DNA from: an uncultured Staphylococcaceae bacterium
Lineage (GTDB): Bacteria > Bacillota_I > Bacilli_A > ML615J-28 > CAG-313
DNA length: 64,000 nucleotides
Direction: 5' to 3'
Assembly: GCA_964507405.1 (NCBI GenBank)
Contig: CAZDPJ010000006.1
Span: forward strand, 1,020-65,019
Numbering within the stretch: position 1 is the stretch's first letter; every line of letters starts with the position of its first letter. Under the pieces are notes generated by a model. The model ran no database searches. It was given only the letters and a program-made list of their open reading frames with translations, and was not told where the DNA came from. Of the stretch, positions 47,115-57,700 are shown piece after piece. The translations under genes were made by a program, and so were the position numbers.

Positions 47115-48410
47115 ATGTTAGATATTAAATTAATTAGAGATAATGTAGAAGAAGTTATTAGAAGACTTAATACTAGAGGCGGAGATTTTTCTTACTTAAG
47201 AGATTTAAAAGCAAAAGATGAAAGAAAAAGAGAGTTATTAGTAGAAGTAGAAAATTTAAAAAGTGAAAGAAATCAAAAAAGCAAATTAATTGGTGAAATT
47301 AAAAGAAACAAAGGCAATGCTGACGAAGTAATGGCTAGTGTTGCTCATATTGGTGATGAAATTAAAAATCTAGAAGCTGAATTATCTACATTAGATGAAG
47401 ATATTCGAAATATGTTATTAACTACACCTAATTTAGTCGCTTTAGATACTAAAGTTGGTAAAGATGAAACTGAAAACAGAGAAATTAGAAAATTTAAAGA
47501 ACCTACAAAGTTTGATTTTGAACCTAAAGATCATACAGAACTTGCTGAAAATTTAGGAATCCTTGATTTTGAAAGAGCAGCAAAGATAACAGGTGCTAGA
47601 TTTGTTATTTATAAAGGTCTAGGCGCAAGACTTGAAAGAAGTCTAATTGCTTTCATGATGGATTTACACTCAAAGAAACATGGATATACAGAAGTAATGC
47701 CTCCTTATATCGTTAATGGTGCAAGTATGCTAGGTACTGGTCAATTTCCTAAATTTAAAGATGATGCTTATAAAGTAAGTGCTGGTCAAGGTGATGATTT
47801 TGATTGGTATTTAAACCCTACAGCAGAAGTTCCTACAATAAATATGTATCGTGATGAAATAATTGATGGTAGTTTATTGCCTCTTAAATATTGTTCATAT
47901 ACAACAGCCTTTAGAGCAGAAGCTGGTAGTGCAGGTAGAGATACAAAAGGTATATTAAGACAACATCAATTTAATAAAGTTGAATTAATTAAATTTACAA
48001 AACCTGAAGATTCATATGATGAATTAAATAAAATGTTATTAAATTCAGAAGAAGTATTAAAACAATTAGATATACCTTATCATGTAGTTGAATTATGTAC
48101 AGGTGATATGGGATTTGGTATGGCAAAAACATATGATATTGAAGTATGGTTACCAGGGCAAAACAAATATCGTGAAATTGGTTCAATAAGCAATGCTGAG
48201 GATTTCCAAGCAAGAAGAGCAAATATTAGATTTAAGAGAACTAAAGATTCAAAACCTGAATTAGTACATACTTTAAATGGTTCTGGTCTTGCTGTCGGAA
48301 GAACTGTAATTGCGATTCTTGAAAATTATCAACAAGCTGATGGCAGTATTAAAATTCCAGAAGTATTAGTTCCATATATGGGAGTAACTGAAATTAGAAA
48401 AGAAAAATAA
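47115..48410 (+). CDS. serS: serine--tRNA ligase
   Basis: MLDIKLIRDN.... ATG at 47115 after GGAGG. FRAEAGSAGRDTKGILRQHQFNKVE, GSGLAVGRT. Confidence 0.96.
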   Translation: MLDIKLIRDNVEEVIRRLNTRGGDFSYLRDLKAKDERKRELLVEVENLKSERNQKSKLIGEIKRNKGNADEVMASVAHIGDEIKNLEAELSTLDEDIRNMLLTTPNLVALDTKVGKDETENREIRKFKEPTKFDFEPKDHTELAENLGILDFERAAKITGARFVIYKGLGARLERSLIAFMMDLHSKKHGYTEVMPPYIVNGASMLGTGQFPKFKDDAYKVSAGQGDDFDWYLNPTAEVPTINMYRDEIIDGSLLPLKYCSYTTAFRAEAGSAGRDTKGILRQHQFNKVELIKFTKPEDSYDELNKMLLNSEEVLKQLDIPYHVVELCTGDMGFGMAKTYDIEVWLPGQNKYREIGSISNAEDFQARRANIRFKRTKDSKPELVHTLNGSGLAVGRTVIAILENYQQADGSIKIPEVLVPYMGVTEIRKEK

Positions 48411-48436
48411 AAAGGCTATTTTTAGCCTTTTTATTT
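48411..48436. terminator. bidirectional terminator between serS and the HIT gene
   Basis: aaaggcta-tttt-tagccttt flanked by A/T runs. Confidence 0.7.
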
Positions 48437-48829
48437 TATAAGTTGTTCTTGAATATCTTTTAATAAATCAAAATTAGGTTCTGTTTGTTTAGGTTCAAGT
48501 ACTAATCCATCATTTTCATATCTAGGAATAACATGAATATGAAAATGCATTACTGTTTGCCCCGCAAGAGTTCCGCTATTATTTAGAATGTTAACACTGG
48601 AAACATTTAATTTTTCTTTTAAAAGTAAAGAAACATGTTTAACTGCTTTAGTAATTTCTTCTAAATACTTTTCATCTACATCAAAAATATTTTCAAAATG
48701 TTTTTTAGGAACAATCAATGTATGACCTTTAGTACTTGCGTTAATATCTAAAAAACATAATACATAATCATTTTCATAAATTTTAAAAGAAGAAATGTCA
48801 CCATTAATTATATTACAAAATACACACAT
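48431..48829 (-). CDS. HIT-family nucleotide hydrolase
   Basis: Histidine triad HFHIHVIPR. ATG at 48827-48829 after GAGGTGA. Confidence 0.9.
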   Translation of the reverse strand: MCVFCNIINGDISSFKIYENDYVLCFLDINASTKGHTLIVPKKHFENIFDVDEKYLEEITKAVKHVSLLLKEKLNVSSVNILNNSGTLAGQTVMHFHIHVIPRYENDGLVLEPKQTEPNFDLLKDIQEQLIK

Positions 48830-48911
48830 ATATATCACCTCAAAAATATTTTATCAAAAAATAATTAAAAATTAATGAAATATGCTAAACTTTTATTAAG
48901 AGGTGATTAAA

Positions 48912-49664
48912 ATGGGTGTTAAATATGTTGCTCATCGAGGCGGTAAAATATATGGTGGAGTTGAAAATACATTAGAAGCTTTTTTAGGAGGAGTTAAGTC
49001 TGGTGCGGATGCATTAGAATGTGATGTGCGAGTTACAAGTGACTTAGTTTATGTAATACATCATGATTCTACATTTGAAAAACTAACAAAAGAAAGTAAT
49101 AATCCAACTTGTATGGATGTTAATCAATCAACTTATGATGAATTAAAAGAGGTTGAACTTGTTCAATCATATAAAGATAAAACATATACAGGAAAAATTC
49201 TTCTTTTTTCTAAATATTTAGAAATATGTAGAGATAATAATGTAATTCCAGTTGTTGAATTAAAATGGACTAATGGTATTTATTCAGATAATGCAGATGA
49301 GAATAACTTTAATTATAGTAATTTAGATAAAGTAATAACAATGTTAAAAGAATATCAATTATTTGATAAAGTATATGTTATTTCGTTTATGAAGGGCTGT
49401 CTTGAATATTTAAGAAAAAAATATCCAACTATTAAACTTCAATGGTTATGCTATAAAGATATCGAACAAAACCTAGATTGGTGTGTAAAAAACAATATTA
49501 GTTTAGATGTAGAACATAGTGTTTGTACTAAAGAAATGATATCTACAATGCATAGTAATGGTTTACTTGTAAATATTTGGACAATGAATGACGAAACACT
49601 TTTATCTAAATATATAGATATGGGTGTTGATATGATAACAAGTGATTGGATAATAAGAAAATAA
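48912..49664 (+). CDS. glycerophosphodiester phosphodiesterase-family protein
   Basis: VAHRGG..ENTLEAF..GADALECDVRVTSD..VIHHD. ATG at 48912 after GAGGTGA. Confidence 0.8.
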   Translation: MGVKYVAHRGGKIYGGVENTLEAFLGGVKSGADALECDVRVTSDLVYVIHHDSTFEKLTKESNNPTCMDVNQSTYDELKEVELVQSYKDKTYTGKILLFSKYLEICRDNNVIPVVELKWTNGIYSDNADENNFNYSNLDKVITMLKEYQLFDKVYVISFMKGCLEYLRKKYPTIKLQWLCYKDIEQNLDWCVKNNISLDVEHSVCTKEMISTMHSNGLLVNIWTMNDETLLSKYIDMGVDMITSDWIIRK

Positions 49665-49684
49665 GGTACATATGTACCTCTTTT

Positions 49685-50011
49685 CTATTCTTGGTAAGGA
49701 TATTCATAATTTAATTCTTCATCAAAAGTTACATAAGATAAATAGATTGTTAATAATAAATATCTTATACCTGTTTGAGGGTCTTTTAAAATAATATGGT
49801 CTTTACCAGCTGCCTCAATTGTTCCTTTAAAGATTTTAGAACCCCATTGGCTTCCTTCAAAACTCATATATACAGTTGCCAGTTTTCCACGGTTAAGACG
49901 TAAAATATTTTCAATATATGATTGTTCTAAAAAAGGATTTTGAGTTTGTACTTGTGGTTGAAATCCATATGGATTATAAAAACCATAAGGTTGTTGATAG
50001 TTAATTGTCAT
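49685..50011 (-). CDS. gerQ: spore coat protein GerQ
   Basis: 108 aa. Q/P/Y-rich N-terminus, then SYIENILRLNRGKLATVYMSF...GTIEAAGKDHIILKDP. Adjacent to the cwlJ-like gene. Confidence 0.75.
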   Translation of the reverse strand: MTINYQQPYGFYNPYGFQPQVQTQNPFLEQSYIENILRLNRGKLATVYMSFEGSQWGSKIFKGTIEAAGKDHIILKDPQTGIRYLLLTIYLSYVTFDEELNYEYPYQE

Positions 50012-50059
50012 ATAAGCCTCCTTGATAATATATATGTATTTAGTTTTTAAAATATGTTA

Positions 50060-50479
50060 TTAATAACAATTTTCTGATTCTACTGGACTATAAAAACAAT
50101 GAGATTTGTACTTTCCAGTATTCCACTGGCCATACCACTGAGCACTACAATCAGAGTTTGATGAATTATAAAACCAAAGTGCTCGAGAGGCAGGATGAAA
50201 TTGTTCACCTTTTATTACTTTACGAGCTAATCTTATATCTTTTTGTCTTGCTGCTTGATAAAAGTATGAATATAATGTTGATTCAAAACCGCCAGGATGT
50301 TGATAGACCATTTGTTCTACGGTTGAAATATTAGTAAAATCTAAACATTTCGCACGAACCCGGTTAACACCAACATTTCCAACCATCAACATTCCAAGTT
50401 CACCCTCAGCTTCAGCTTCTGCTCTCATTAGTCTAGCTAATAATTTAACTTCCTTTTCGTTACATGCAATAATTCCCAT
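50060..50479 (-). CDS. cwlJ: spore cortex-lytic cell-wall hydrolase, CwlJ/SleB family
   Basis: LLARLMRAEAEAEGELGMLMVGNVGVNRV...QPGGFE.... ATG at 50477-50479. Confidence 0.8.
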   Translation of the reverse strand: MGIIACNEKEVKLLARLMRAEAEAEGELGMLMVGNVGVNRVRAKCLDFTNISTVEQMVYQHPGGFESTLYSYFYQAARQKDIRLARKVIKGEQFHPASRALWFYNSSNSDCSAQWYGQWNTGKYKSHCFYSPVESENCY

Positions 50480-50581
50480 AATACACCTCATTAAATAATA
50501 TCTCTAAATTTTTAAAAATATGCTAATAAAATGCTAAAAAATTAAAATTAGGTTATAATATTATCAATAAAGGTGATTTAA

Positions 50582-51046
50582 ATGGAAACATGTAATGGTA
50601 ATTGTAATAGTTGCAATACAGATTGTTTAAAGAAATGTCCTATCTGTTATGCGAACTCAGTTAAAGTCCCAATAAAGACTGCTCTTTCAATTTTAAAAGA
50701 TAATAGTTTAATTGATGAAACTGAAGATATATATATGTGTTTAAATAAAAAATGTGATGTTACGTATTTTAATAATAAATATGCATATAGTAAAGATGAA
50801 TTAAAAGTACCTGTTTGGTTTAAACAAGAACTTAAAGATATGATAGTTTGTTATTGTTATAATATAACTTTATCAGAAATTGAAAAGGTTGTAAAAGAAG
50901 AACATATATATACTAGAGAAGGTATAATAAAATATTTAAATAAAGACAAATTAGAAAAAGATTGTATACATAAAAATCCTATAGGTAAAGATTGTGAACA
51001 ATTATTTGAAAATGCAATATTATTTTCGAGAGGTACAGATGAATGA
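50582..51046 (+). CDS. Cys-rich CopZ-family / BFD-like [2Fe-2S] metallochaperone-like protein
   Basis: 154 aa. N-terminal CNGNCNSCNTDC, zinc-ribbon-like CPIC...CLNKKC, then VCYCYNITLSEI...C..NP.GKDC (BFD-like spacing). Confidence 0.55.
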   Translation: METCNGNCNSCNTDCLKKCPICYANSVKVPIKTALSILKDNSLIDETEDIYMCLNKKCDVTYFNNKYAYSKDELKVPVWFKQELKDMIVCYCYNITLSEIEKVVKEEHIYTREGIIKYLNKDKLEKDCIHKNPIGKDCEQLFENAILFSRGTDE

Positions 51047-51573
51047 ATATTTGGCATGATATAAATAAAAATAGAATTAATGTTGATGATTTTGTTGCGG
51101 TTATAGAAATAAGCAAAGGCAGTAAGAAAAAATATGAATTAGATAAAGAAACTGGATTAATAATTCTAGATCGAATTCTTTATACTTCTACTCATTATCC
51201 CGCAAATTATGGTTTTATTCCCCGCACTTATGCTGGTGATGAAGATCCACTTGATGTACTTGTCTTATGTAGTGAAGACTTAGAACCAATGAGTTTAGTT
51301 AGATGCTATCCTGTTGGTGTAGTAAGAATGATTGATAATAATGCTAAAGATGATAAGATAATTGCTATTCCATTTAAAGACCCTAACTGGAATACATATG
51401 AAAAAATTGAGGATTTACCTCCTCATCTTTCAGAAGAAATAGAACATTTTTTTCAAGTATATAAAAATCTTGAACATAAAAAGACAACAAATATCGAAGT
51501 TTTAGGAAAAGATAAAGCTATAGAAATTATTAAAGATAGTATTGAAAACTATGAAAAAAAGTATAATAGATAA
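51043..51573 (+). CDS. ppa: inorganic pyrophosphatase (family I)
   Basis: 176 aa. IEISKGSKKKYELD, YPANYGFIP.T...DEDPLDVLVL. The start overlaps the upstream stop (ATGA). Confidence 0.93.
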   Translation: MNIWHDINKNRINVDDFVAVIEISKGSKKKYELDKETGLIILDRILYTSTHYPANYGFIPRTYAGDEDPLDVLVLCSEDLEPMSLVRCYPVGVVRMIDNNAKDDKIIAIPFKDPNWNTYEKIEDLPPHLSEEIEHFFQVYKNLEHKKTTNIEVLGKDKAIEIIKDSIENYEKKYNR

Positions 51574-51632
51574 TTAGTTATATATATAGTATAACTAATT
51601 ATTTTGTAATATTAAAAGAAAGAAGGGAAAAT

Positions 51633-53297
51633 ATGTTATCAGATATTGAAATTGCAAGAAATGCAAAGATGCTAAAAGTAAGTGAAATTGCTAGAAAGCT
51701 AGATATAGAAGAAAAAGATTTAGAATATTATGGATGGTATAAAGCAAAGATTAGTGATGAAGTTATTGAAAATACTAAAAACAACAAAGATGGACACTTA
51801 ATTCTTGTCACTGCAATAACACCAACACCACTTGGTGAAGGAAAGTCAACAACCTCAATTGGGCTTGTTGATGCATTTTCTAAATTAAACAAAAAAGTAG
51901 TAGGTGCGTTACGTGAACCATCTTTAGGTCCAGTGTTTGGTGTAAAAGGAGGAGCTGCTGGTGGTGGGTATGCTCAAATTAATCCAATGGCTGATTTAAA
52001 CCTTCATTTTACAGGTGATTTACATGCAATAACAACAGCTAATAACTTAATTAGTGCTTGTATTGATAATCATATTTTCCAAGGAAATAGTTTAAATATT
52101 AATCCTAATAGAATAGTATGGAAACGTTGTGTTGATTTAAATGATCGTGCATTAAGAGAAGTTGAAGTAGGATTATCACATAAAAAAGAAACTCCAAGAA
52201 AAGATTCTTTTAATATTACAGTTGCAAGTGAAATAATGGCAATACTATGCCTTGCAAAAGACATAAAGGATTTAAGACAAAGAATAGATAGATTAATTAT
52301 AGCGTATACTTATGATGAAAAAGAACTAACAGTAAAAGATTTAGGAATTACTGGTTCTGCTCTCGTATTATTAAAAGATGCTATGAAACCTAATCTTGTT
52401 CAAACATTAGAAAATAACCCTATCTTAATTCATGGTGGTCCTTTCGCAAATATTGCTCATGGTTGTAATTCAATTATCGCAACTAAACTAGGCCTTAAAC
52501 TAGCTGATTATGTTATTACTGAGGCTGGTTTTGGTGCCGACCTTGGTGCTGAGAAATTCTTAGATATAAAATGTAGAGAAGCAGATTTAAAGGTGAGTGC
52601 TGTTGTTCTTGTCGCAACACTAAAAGCATTAAAATATCATGGGGGCATAAAAAAACAAGATATTCAACAAGAAAACATAGAAGCATTAAAAATGGGCTTA
52701 GTTAATTTAGAAAAACATATTGACACTTTAAAAAGATTTAAAGTACCTTATGTTATTGCTTTAAATCGTTATATAAGCGATACAGAGGCTGAAATTCGCA
52801 CTTTTAATGAATGGGCGATAAATAATAGCCACCCCTATAGTTTAAGCGAAGTTTTTGTTAAAGGTGGAAATGGAGGAATTGACCTTGCTAAAAAGGTATT
52901 AGAGGTAATTTCTGAACCAGTAACACCAAATTATCAATATAAATTAGATGAAACAATTGAAGAAAAAATAGAACATATTGCGAAAAACGTTTATGGTGCA
53001 TCGTCTGTTAATTACACAGATGAAGTAAAAGAACAACTTACTAAGTTAAATACAAGTAAATATCGTGATTATTATATATGTATGGCTAAAACTCCATTAT
53101 CATTAACTGATAATCCTAAACTTGTAGGCAGACCTCATAATTTTGAAATAACAATTAGAGAAATAAGAATCAGTGCAGGAGCAAAGTTTTTAGTATGTTT
53201 AACTGGTGATATCATGACTATGCCAGGCTTACCTAAAGAACCTCTTGCAAATATTATCGATTTATCAGATTCAGGAGAAATAATCAACATATCATAA
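51633..53297 (+). CDS. fhs: formate--tetrahydrofolate ligase
   Basis: 554 aa. TPTPLGEGKSTTSIGL, EPSLGPVFGVKGGAAGGGYAQ. Confidence 0.96.
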   Translation: MLSDIEIARNAKMLKVSEIARKLDIEEKDLEYYGWYKAKISDEVIENTKNNKDGHLILVTAITPTPLGEGKSTTSIGLVDAFSKLNKKVVGALREPSLGPVFGVKGGAAGGGYAQINPMADLNLHFTGDLHAITTANNLISACIDNHIFQGNSLNINPNRIVWKRCVDLNDRALREVEVGLSHKKETPRKDSFNITVASEIMAILCLAKDIKDLRQRIDRLIIAYTYDEKELTVKDLGITGSALVLLKDAMKPNLVQTLENNPILIHGGPFANIAHGCNSIIATKLGLKLADYVITEAGFGADLGAEKFLDIKCREADLKVSAVVLVATLKALKYHGGIKKQDIQQENIEALKMGLVNLEKHIDTLKRFKVPYVIALNRYISDTEAEIRTFNEWAINNSHPYSLSEVFVKGGNGGIDLAKKVLEVISEPVTPNYQYKLDETIEEKIEHIAKNVYGASSVNYTDEVKEQLTKLNTSKYRDYYICMAKTPLSLTDNPKLVGRPHNFEITIREIRISAGAKFLVCLTGDIMTMPGLPKEPLANIIDLSDSGEIINIS

Positions 53298-53313
53298 AAG
53301 GAGATAATTTACC

Positions 53314-54156
53314 ATGATATTAGATGGAAAACAAATAAGTAAAAAAAGAAAAGAAAAGTTAAAAGAACAAGTTTTAGAACTAATAGATATATATCATACT
53401 GTTCCTACGCTTGCAATTGTAAAAGTAGGCCATGACGCCGCAAGTGAGATATATGTAAGAAACAAAATAAAAGCAGCATCTTTTTGTCATATTGAAACCA
53501 GATTATTTGAATTAAGTGAAGAAACCAAATTAGAAGAATTACTTTCTCTAATTGAAAACTTAAATAATGATATATCTATTCATGGCATATTAGTACAACT
53601 TCCTTTACCTAAACATTTAGATGAACAAATAGTAATAAATAGTATTAGTGATAAAAAAGATGTTGATGGATTTGGAATCATAAATAAAGGTAAATTATTT
53701 AGTTCTATTCCTTCTTTTACTCCAGCAACACCAACTGGTATAATGAATCTATTACAAGAATACAATATAGAAGTTGAAGGTAAAAATGCTGTTGTTGTTG
53801 GTAGAAGTAATATAGTTGGAAAGCCTATGGCAATGTTACTTCTAAATAAAAATGCCACAGTAACAGTATGTCACTCAAGAACAAAAAACTTAAAAGAAGT
53901 TACATCTTCAGCTGATATTTTAGTAGTAGCTATTGGTAAAGCAAATTTTATAACAGCTGATATGGTAAAAGATAATGCTGTGGTTATTGATGTTGGAATT
54001 AATAGAATTGATAATTGTCTTTATGGAGATGTTGATTTTGAAAATGTTAGTAAGAAAGCATCCTTTATTACTCCAGTACCTGGAGGAGTAGGACCTCTTA
54101 CAATCGTAACTCTTCTAGAAAATACTTTAGAAGCATATAAAAATATAGTAAAGTAG
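53314..54156 (+). CDS. folD: bifunctional methylene-THF dehydrogenase / methenyl-THF cyclohydrolase
   Basis: 280 aa. HGILVQLPLP, VVGRSNIVGKPMAMLL, PVPGGVGPLT. Confidence 0.96.
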   Translation: MILDGKQISKKRKEKLKEQVLELIDIYHTVPTLAIVKVGHDAASEIYVRNKIKAASFCHIETRLFELSEETKLEELLSLIENLNNDISIHGILVQLPLPKHLDEQIVINSISDKKDVDGFGIINKGKLFSSIPSFTPATPTGIMNLLQEYNIEVEGKNAVVVGRSNIVGKPMAMLLLNKNATVTVCHSRTKNLKEVTSSADILVVAIGKANFITADMVKDNAVVIDVGINRIDNCLYGDVDFENVSKKASFITPVPGGVGPLTIVTLLENTLEAYKNIVK

Positions 54157-54164
54157 GTATATAT

Positions 54165-54728
54165 ATGGTTATTGTAGGACTAGGAAATCCTGGAAAAGAA
54201 TATGAAAAGACCCCACATAATGTGGGGTTTATGATGGTTGATGAGATAGCTAATTACTATAACATTAACTTTAAATTATCACAAAAACATCAAGCTTTAA
54301 TTGGTGAAGGTATAATTGATGGTGAAAAGATATATATAATAAAACCTTTAACTTACATGAATTTATCAGGAAATGCGGTTAGACTTTTTATGGAATATTA
54401 TAAATATCCAGTAGAAGAATTAATTGTTTTCCATGATGATCTAGATTTACCACTTGGAAAGATAAGAATTCGTGAAGCTGGTTCAAGTGGCGGGCAAAAA
54501 GGAATGAAATCAATTATTGAAAATCTTGGAACTAGCTCAATTAAAAGAGTCAGAGTAGGAATAGGTAAACCTAATTCAACTGATGAAGTTGTCGATTATG
54601 TATTACATACTCTAACTAAACAAGAACAAACAGTATTAAATGAAACTATTCAAAAGGCTCCTAAAATGATTCATACTTATATTAGTGGGGGTATAAAAAA
54701 AGTTATGAATGAATTTAATGGTAAATAA
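54165..54728 (+). CDS. pth: peptidyl-tRNA hydrolase
   Basis: 187 aa. VGLGNPGKEYEKTPHNVGF, TYMNLSG, HDDLDLPLGKIRIR. Confidence 0.96.
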   Translation: MVIVGLGNPGKEYEKTPHNVGFMMVDEIANYYNINFKLSQKHQALIGEGIIDGEKIYIIKPLTYMNLSGNAVRLFMEYYKYPVEELIVFHDDLDLPLGKIRIREAGSSGGQKGMKSIIENLGTSSIKRVRVGIGKPNSTDEVVDYVLHTLTKQEQTVLNETIQKAPKMIHTYISGGIKKVMNEFNGK

Positions 54729-54729
54729 A

Positions 54730-57700
54730 ATGAATATATTAGAAATTTTAAATAATGAAAAGAAATATCAAGAAATTATTGATGTAATAAGTAAAGCAAA
54801 TAAAAACGATAATATATATATAGGTAATTGTTGTGTTAATATTTCAAGAATGCTTGCTGCACTTTCCTTTAATGCAACTAATAAAAATGTAGTATATATA
54901 TGTACAGATACATTTGAAGCATCAAAAACATATGAAATGTTTGTTGATTTAGTGGGAACTGATAATGTTAGCTTCTTTCCTGTAGAAGAATTTATATCTA
55001 ATGATATAGTTGCATCTTCTAGTGAATTTAAATTAGCTAGAATGTTAACTATCGCAAATATAATTAAGAAAAAGCCACAAATAATAATTACTAATACTGA
55101 TGGTGCGTTAAAAAATGTTATGTCTACATCAATGCTAAATTCATCAATTTTAAAATATAGTATTGGTGAAACAAAAGAAATCGATGAAATTGTTAATGAT
55201 TTAGTTATTAGAGGATATAAAAAGACAGCCCTAACAACAGATATTGGAACATTTAGTGTTAGAGGCAGTATAATAGATATATATCCTATTAATACAGATG
55301 AACCAATCAGAATTAATTTCTTTGATAATGAAATAGAAACAATTAAAAAAATAGATATTGAATCTCAGTTAAGTACTGAAAAGTTACAAGAAATAGATAT
55401 TTTTCCATTATATGATATATATTATCAAAAAGAGAATATCGATATTATTTCTAATAAAATATTAAAAAAATATCCTAATGATGATAAAACAAAGAAAATA
55501 GTAGAAAATTTAAAAGAATATAAAAGCTTAGAACAGTTATATTTATACTTACCAGAAATCGATGAACAATATCAAAACTTCTTATCATTTGTTGATAAGC
55601 CTATTTGTTTTTATGAAAACTATAATGATTTAAAATCATATGAAAAGAAAAGACAATCTGAAATATATAATTACTTTTTAGAACTAAAATACAAATATGA
55701 TAAATCTTTCTTTAAAGAATTAGATGAAATACTATCATTATCATATGAAAATGTCTTTACATGTTCATTCTTAAGTTCTTTAAATGATATATATATTAAT
55801 AAGTTATTTGATGTAAAAACATCAAATGTTACGGAATTTAATAATAATCTAAAAATAATGTTTGATGGTATTGTTGCGGATTTAGAAAAAACATATATAA
55901 TAACGCATATTGATGAGGTCAAACTAGATTATATTGAAGAATTACTTGAAACTAAGTTACTTCATTACTATATATATGAGGATGAACAAAAAATAAGAAA
56001 TGGTAAAATAAATGTTGCGGTATCAACTAATGCATATGGATTTATTGATTATGATCTTAATTTAGAAGTAATAACTCCCAATGAATATGCGCCAAGTAAA
56101 ATATCAAGAAATACTAAATATCAACGATATTATAAACAATCAACAAAGATATATAGTAAAGATGAATTAACTCCTGGTGACTATGTTGTTCACCAAGATT
56201 ATGGTATTGGTATATATTTAGGTATTAAAACAATTGAATTAAGAGGCCTAAAAAAAGATTATCTTTCGCTTCAATATGCTGATGAAAGTAAAGTTAACAT
56301 TCCTATTGAGAATATATATCTACTTGAAAAATACATTGGTAGTAAGAACCAAACGCCAAAACTTAATAATCTAAATAGTAAAGAATGGATTAAAAAGAGA
56401 AATCGAATTAAAGAAAAAGTAAATGATGTTGCTCAAAAATTAATTAAAGTACAAGCAGAACGTGAAGCAATGCAAGGATTTGTTTATAAAAAAGATACTT
56501 TAGAACAGCTTGAGTTTGAAAAAGAATTCGGCTTTACAGAAACTAAAGATCAACTTCAAGCAATTCAAGATGTAAAAAATGATATGGAAAGTACACGTCC
56601 TGTCGATAGACTTATATGTGGCGATGTTGGTTTTGGAAAAACAGAAGTCGCAATTCGTGCTACGTTTAAAGCTGTAGATAATGGAAAACAAGTTGTATAT
56701 CTTGCGCCTACAACTATTTTAACGAGACAACATTATTATACATTTAAACAAAGACTTGAAAAGTATGGTATAAGGGTTGAATTATTGAATCGATTTGTTG
56801 ATAAAGCAAAACAAAAACAAGTCATCGAAGATTTAAAGAAAGGATATGTCGATGTAGTTGTTGGAACTCATAGATTACTTTCTAGTGATATTCAGTACAA
56901 GAACTTAGGTTTATTAATAATCGATGAAGAACAACGATTTGGAGTTACACATAAAGAAAAAATTAAACAAATGAAATCTTTAATTGATGTATTAACCCTT
57001 ACAGCAACCCCAATTCCAAGGACTCTTCAAATGTCTCTTTCTGGTTTAAAAGATTTATCACTTATAGAAACTCCTCCTGTAAATAGACTTCCAGTTCAAA
57101 CCTTTGTGCTTGAAAGTAATGAATCAGTAATTAGAGAAGCAATTAATAGAGAAATTGCAAGAAATGGGCAAGTCTTTTATTTATTAAATAGAATTAATGA
57201 ATTAGATGGAGTACTTGATAAGGTAAAAAGATTAGTTCCAAAAGCAAAAGTTGGAATGATTCATGGAAGAATGAAAAAAGAAGAAATAGAAGAATATTTA
57301 GTTGACTTCTTAGATCGTAAATATGATATATTAATATGTACAACAATTATTGAAACTGGAATAGATATCCCTAATGCAAATACCTTAATTGTTGAAAAAG
57401 CCGATATTTTAGGTTTAGCTCAACTATATCAAATTAGAGGTCGAGTTGGTAGAAATGATCGAATTGCTTATGCTTACTTTATGTATGAAAAAGGTAAAGT
57501 ACTAACAATAGAAGCAGAAAAAAGACTTGAAACAATTAAAGAATTTACTGCTCTTGGTAGTGGATATAAAATTGCAATGCGAGACCTTGCGATAAGAGGT
57601 GCTGGTGATATTTTAGGTAATGAACAATCTGGATATATTGATGCCATTGGTATGGACTTATATATGAAATTATTAAATGATGCGATTAAAGAAGCTAAAG

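Noticed and set aside
51574-51632. I looked for a ZTP (pfl) or THF riboswitch upstream of fhs-folD.
   Set aside because: Only 59 bp are available, and they are taken up by the ppa terminator-like hairpin and the RBS. No conserved riboswitch core is visible.
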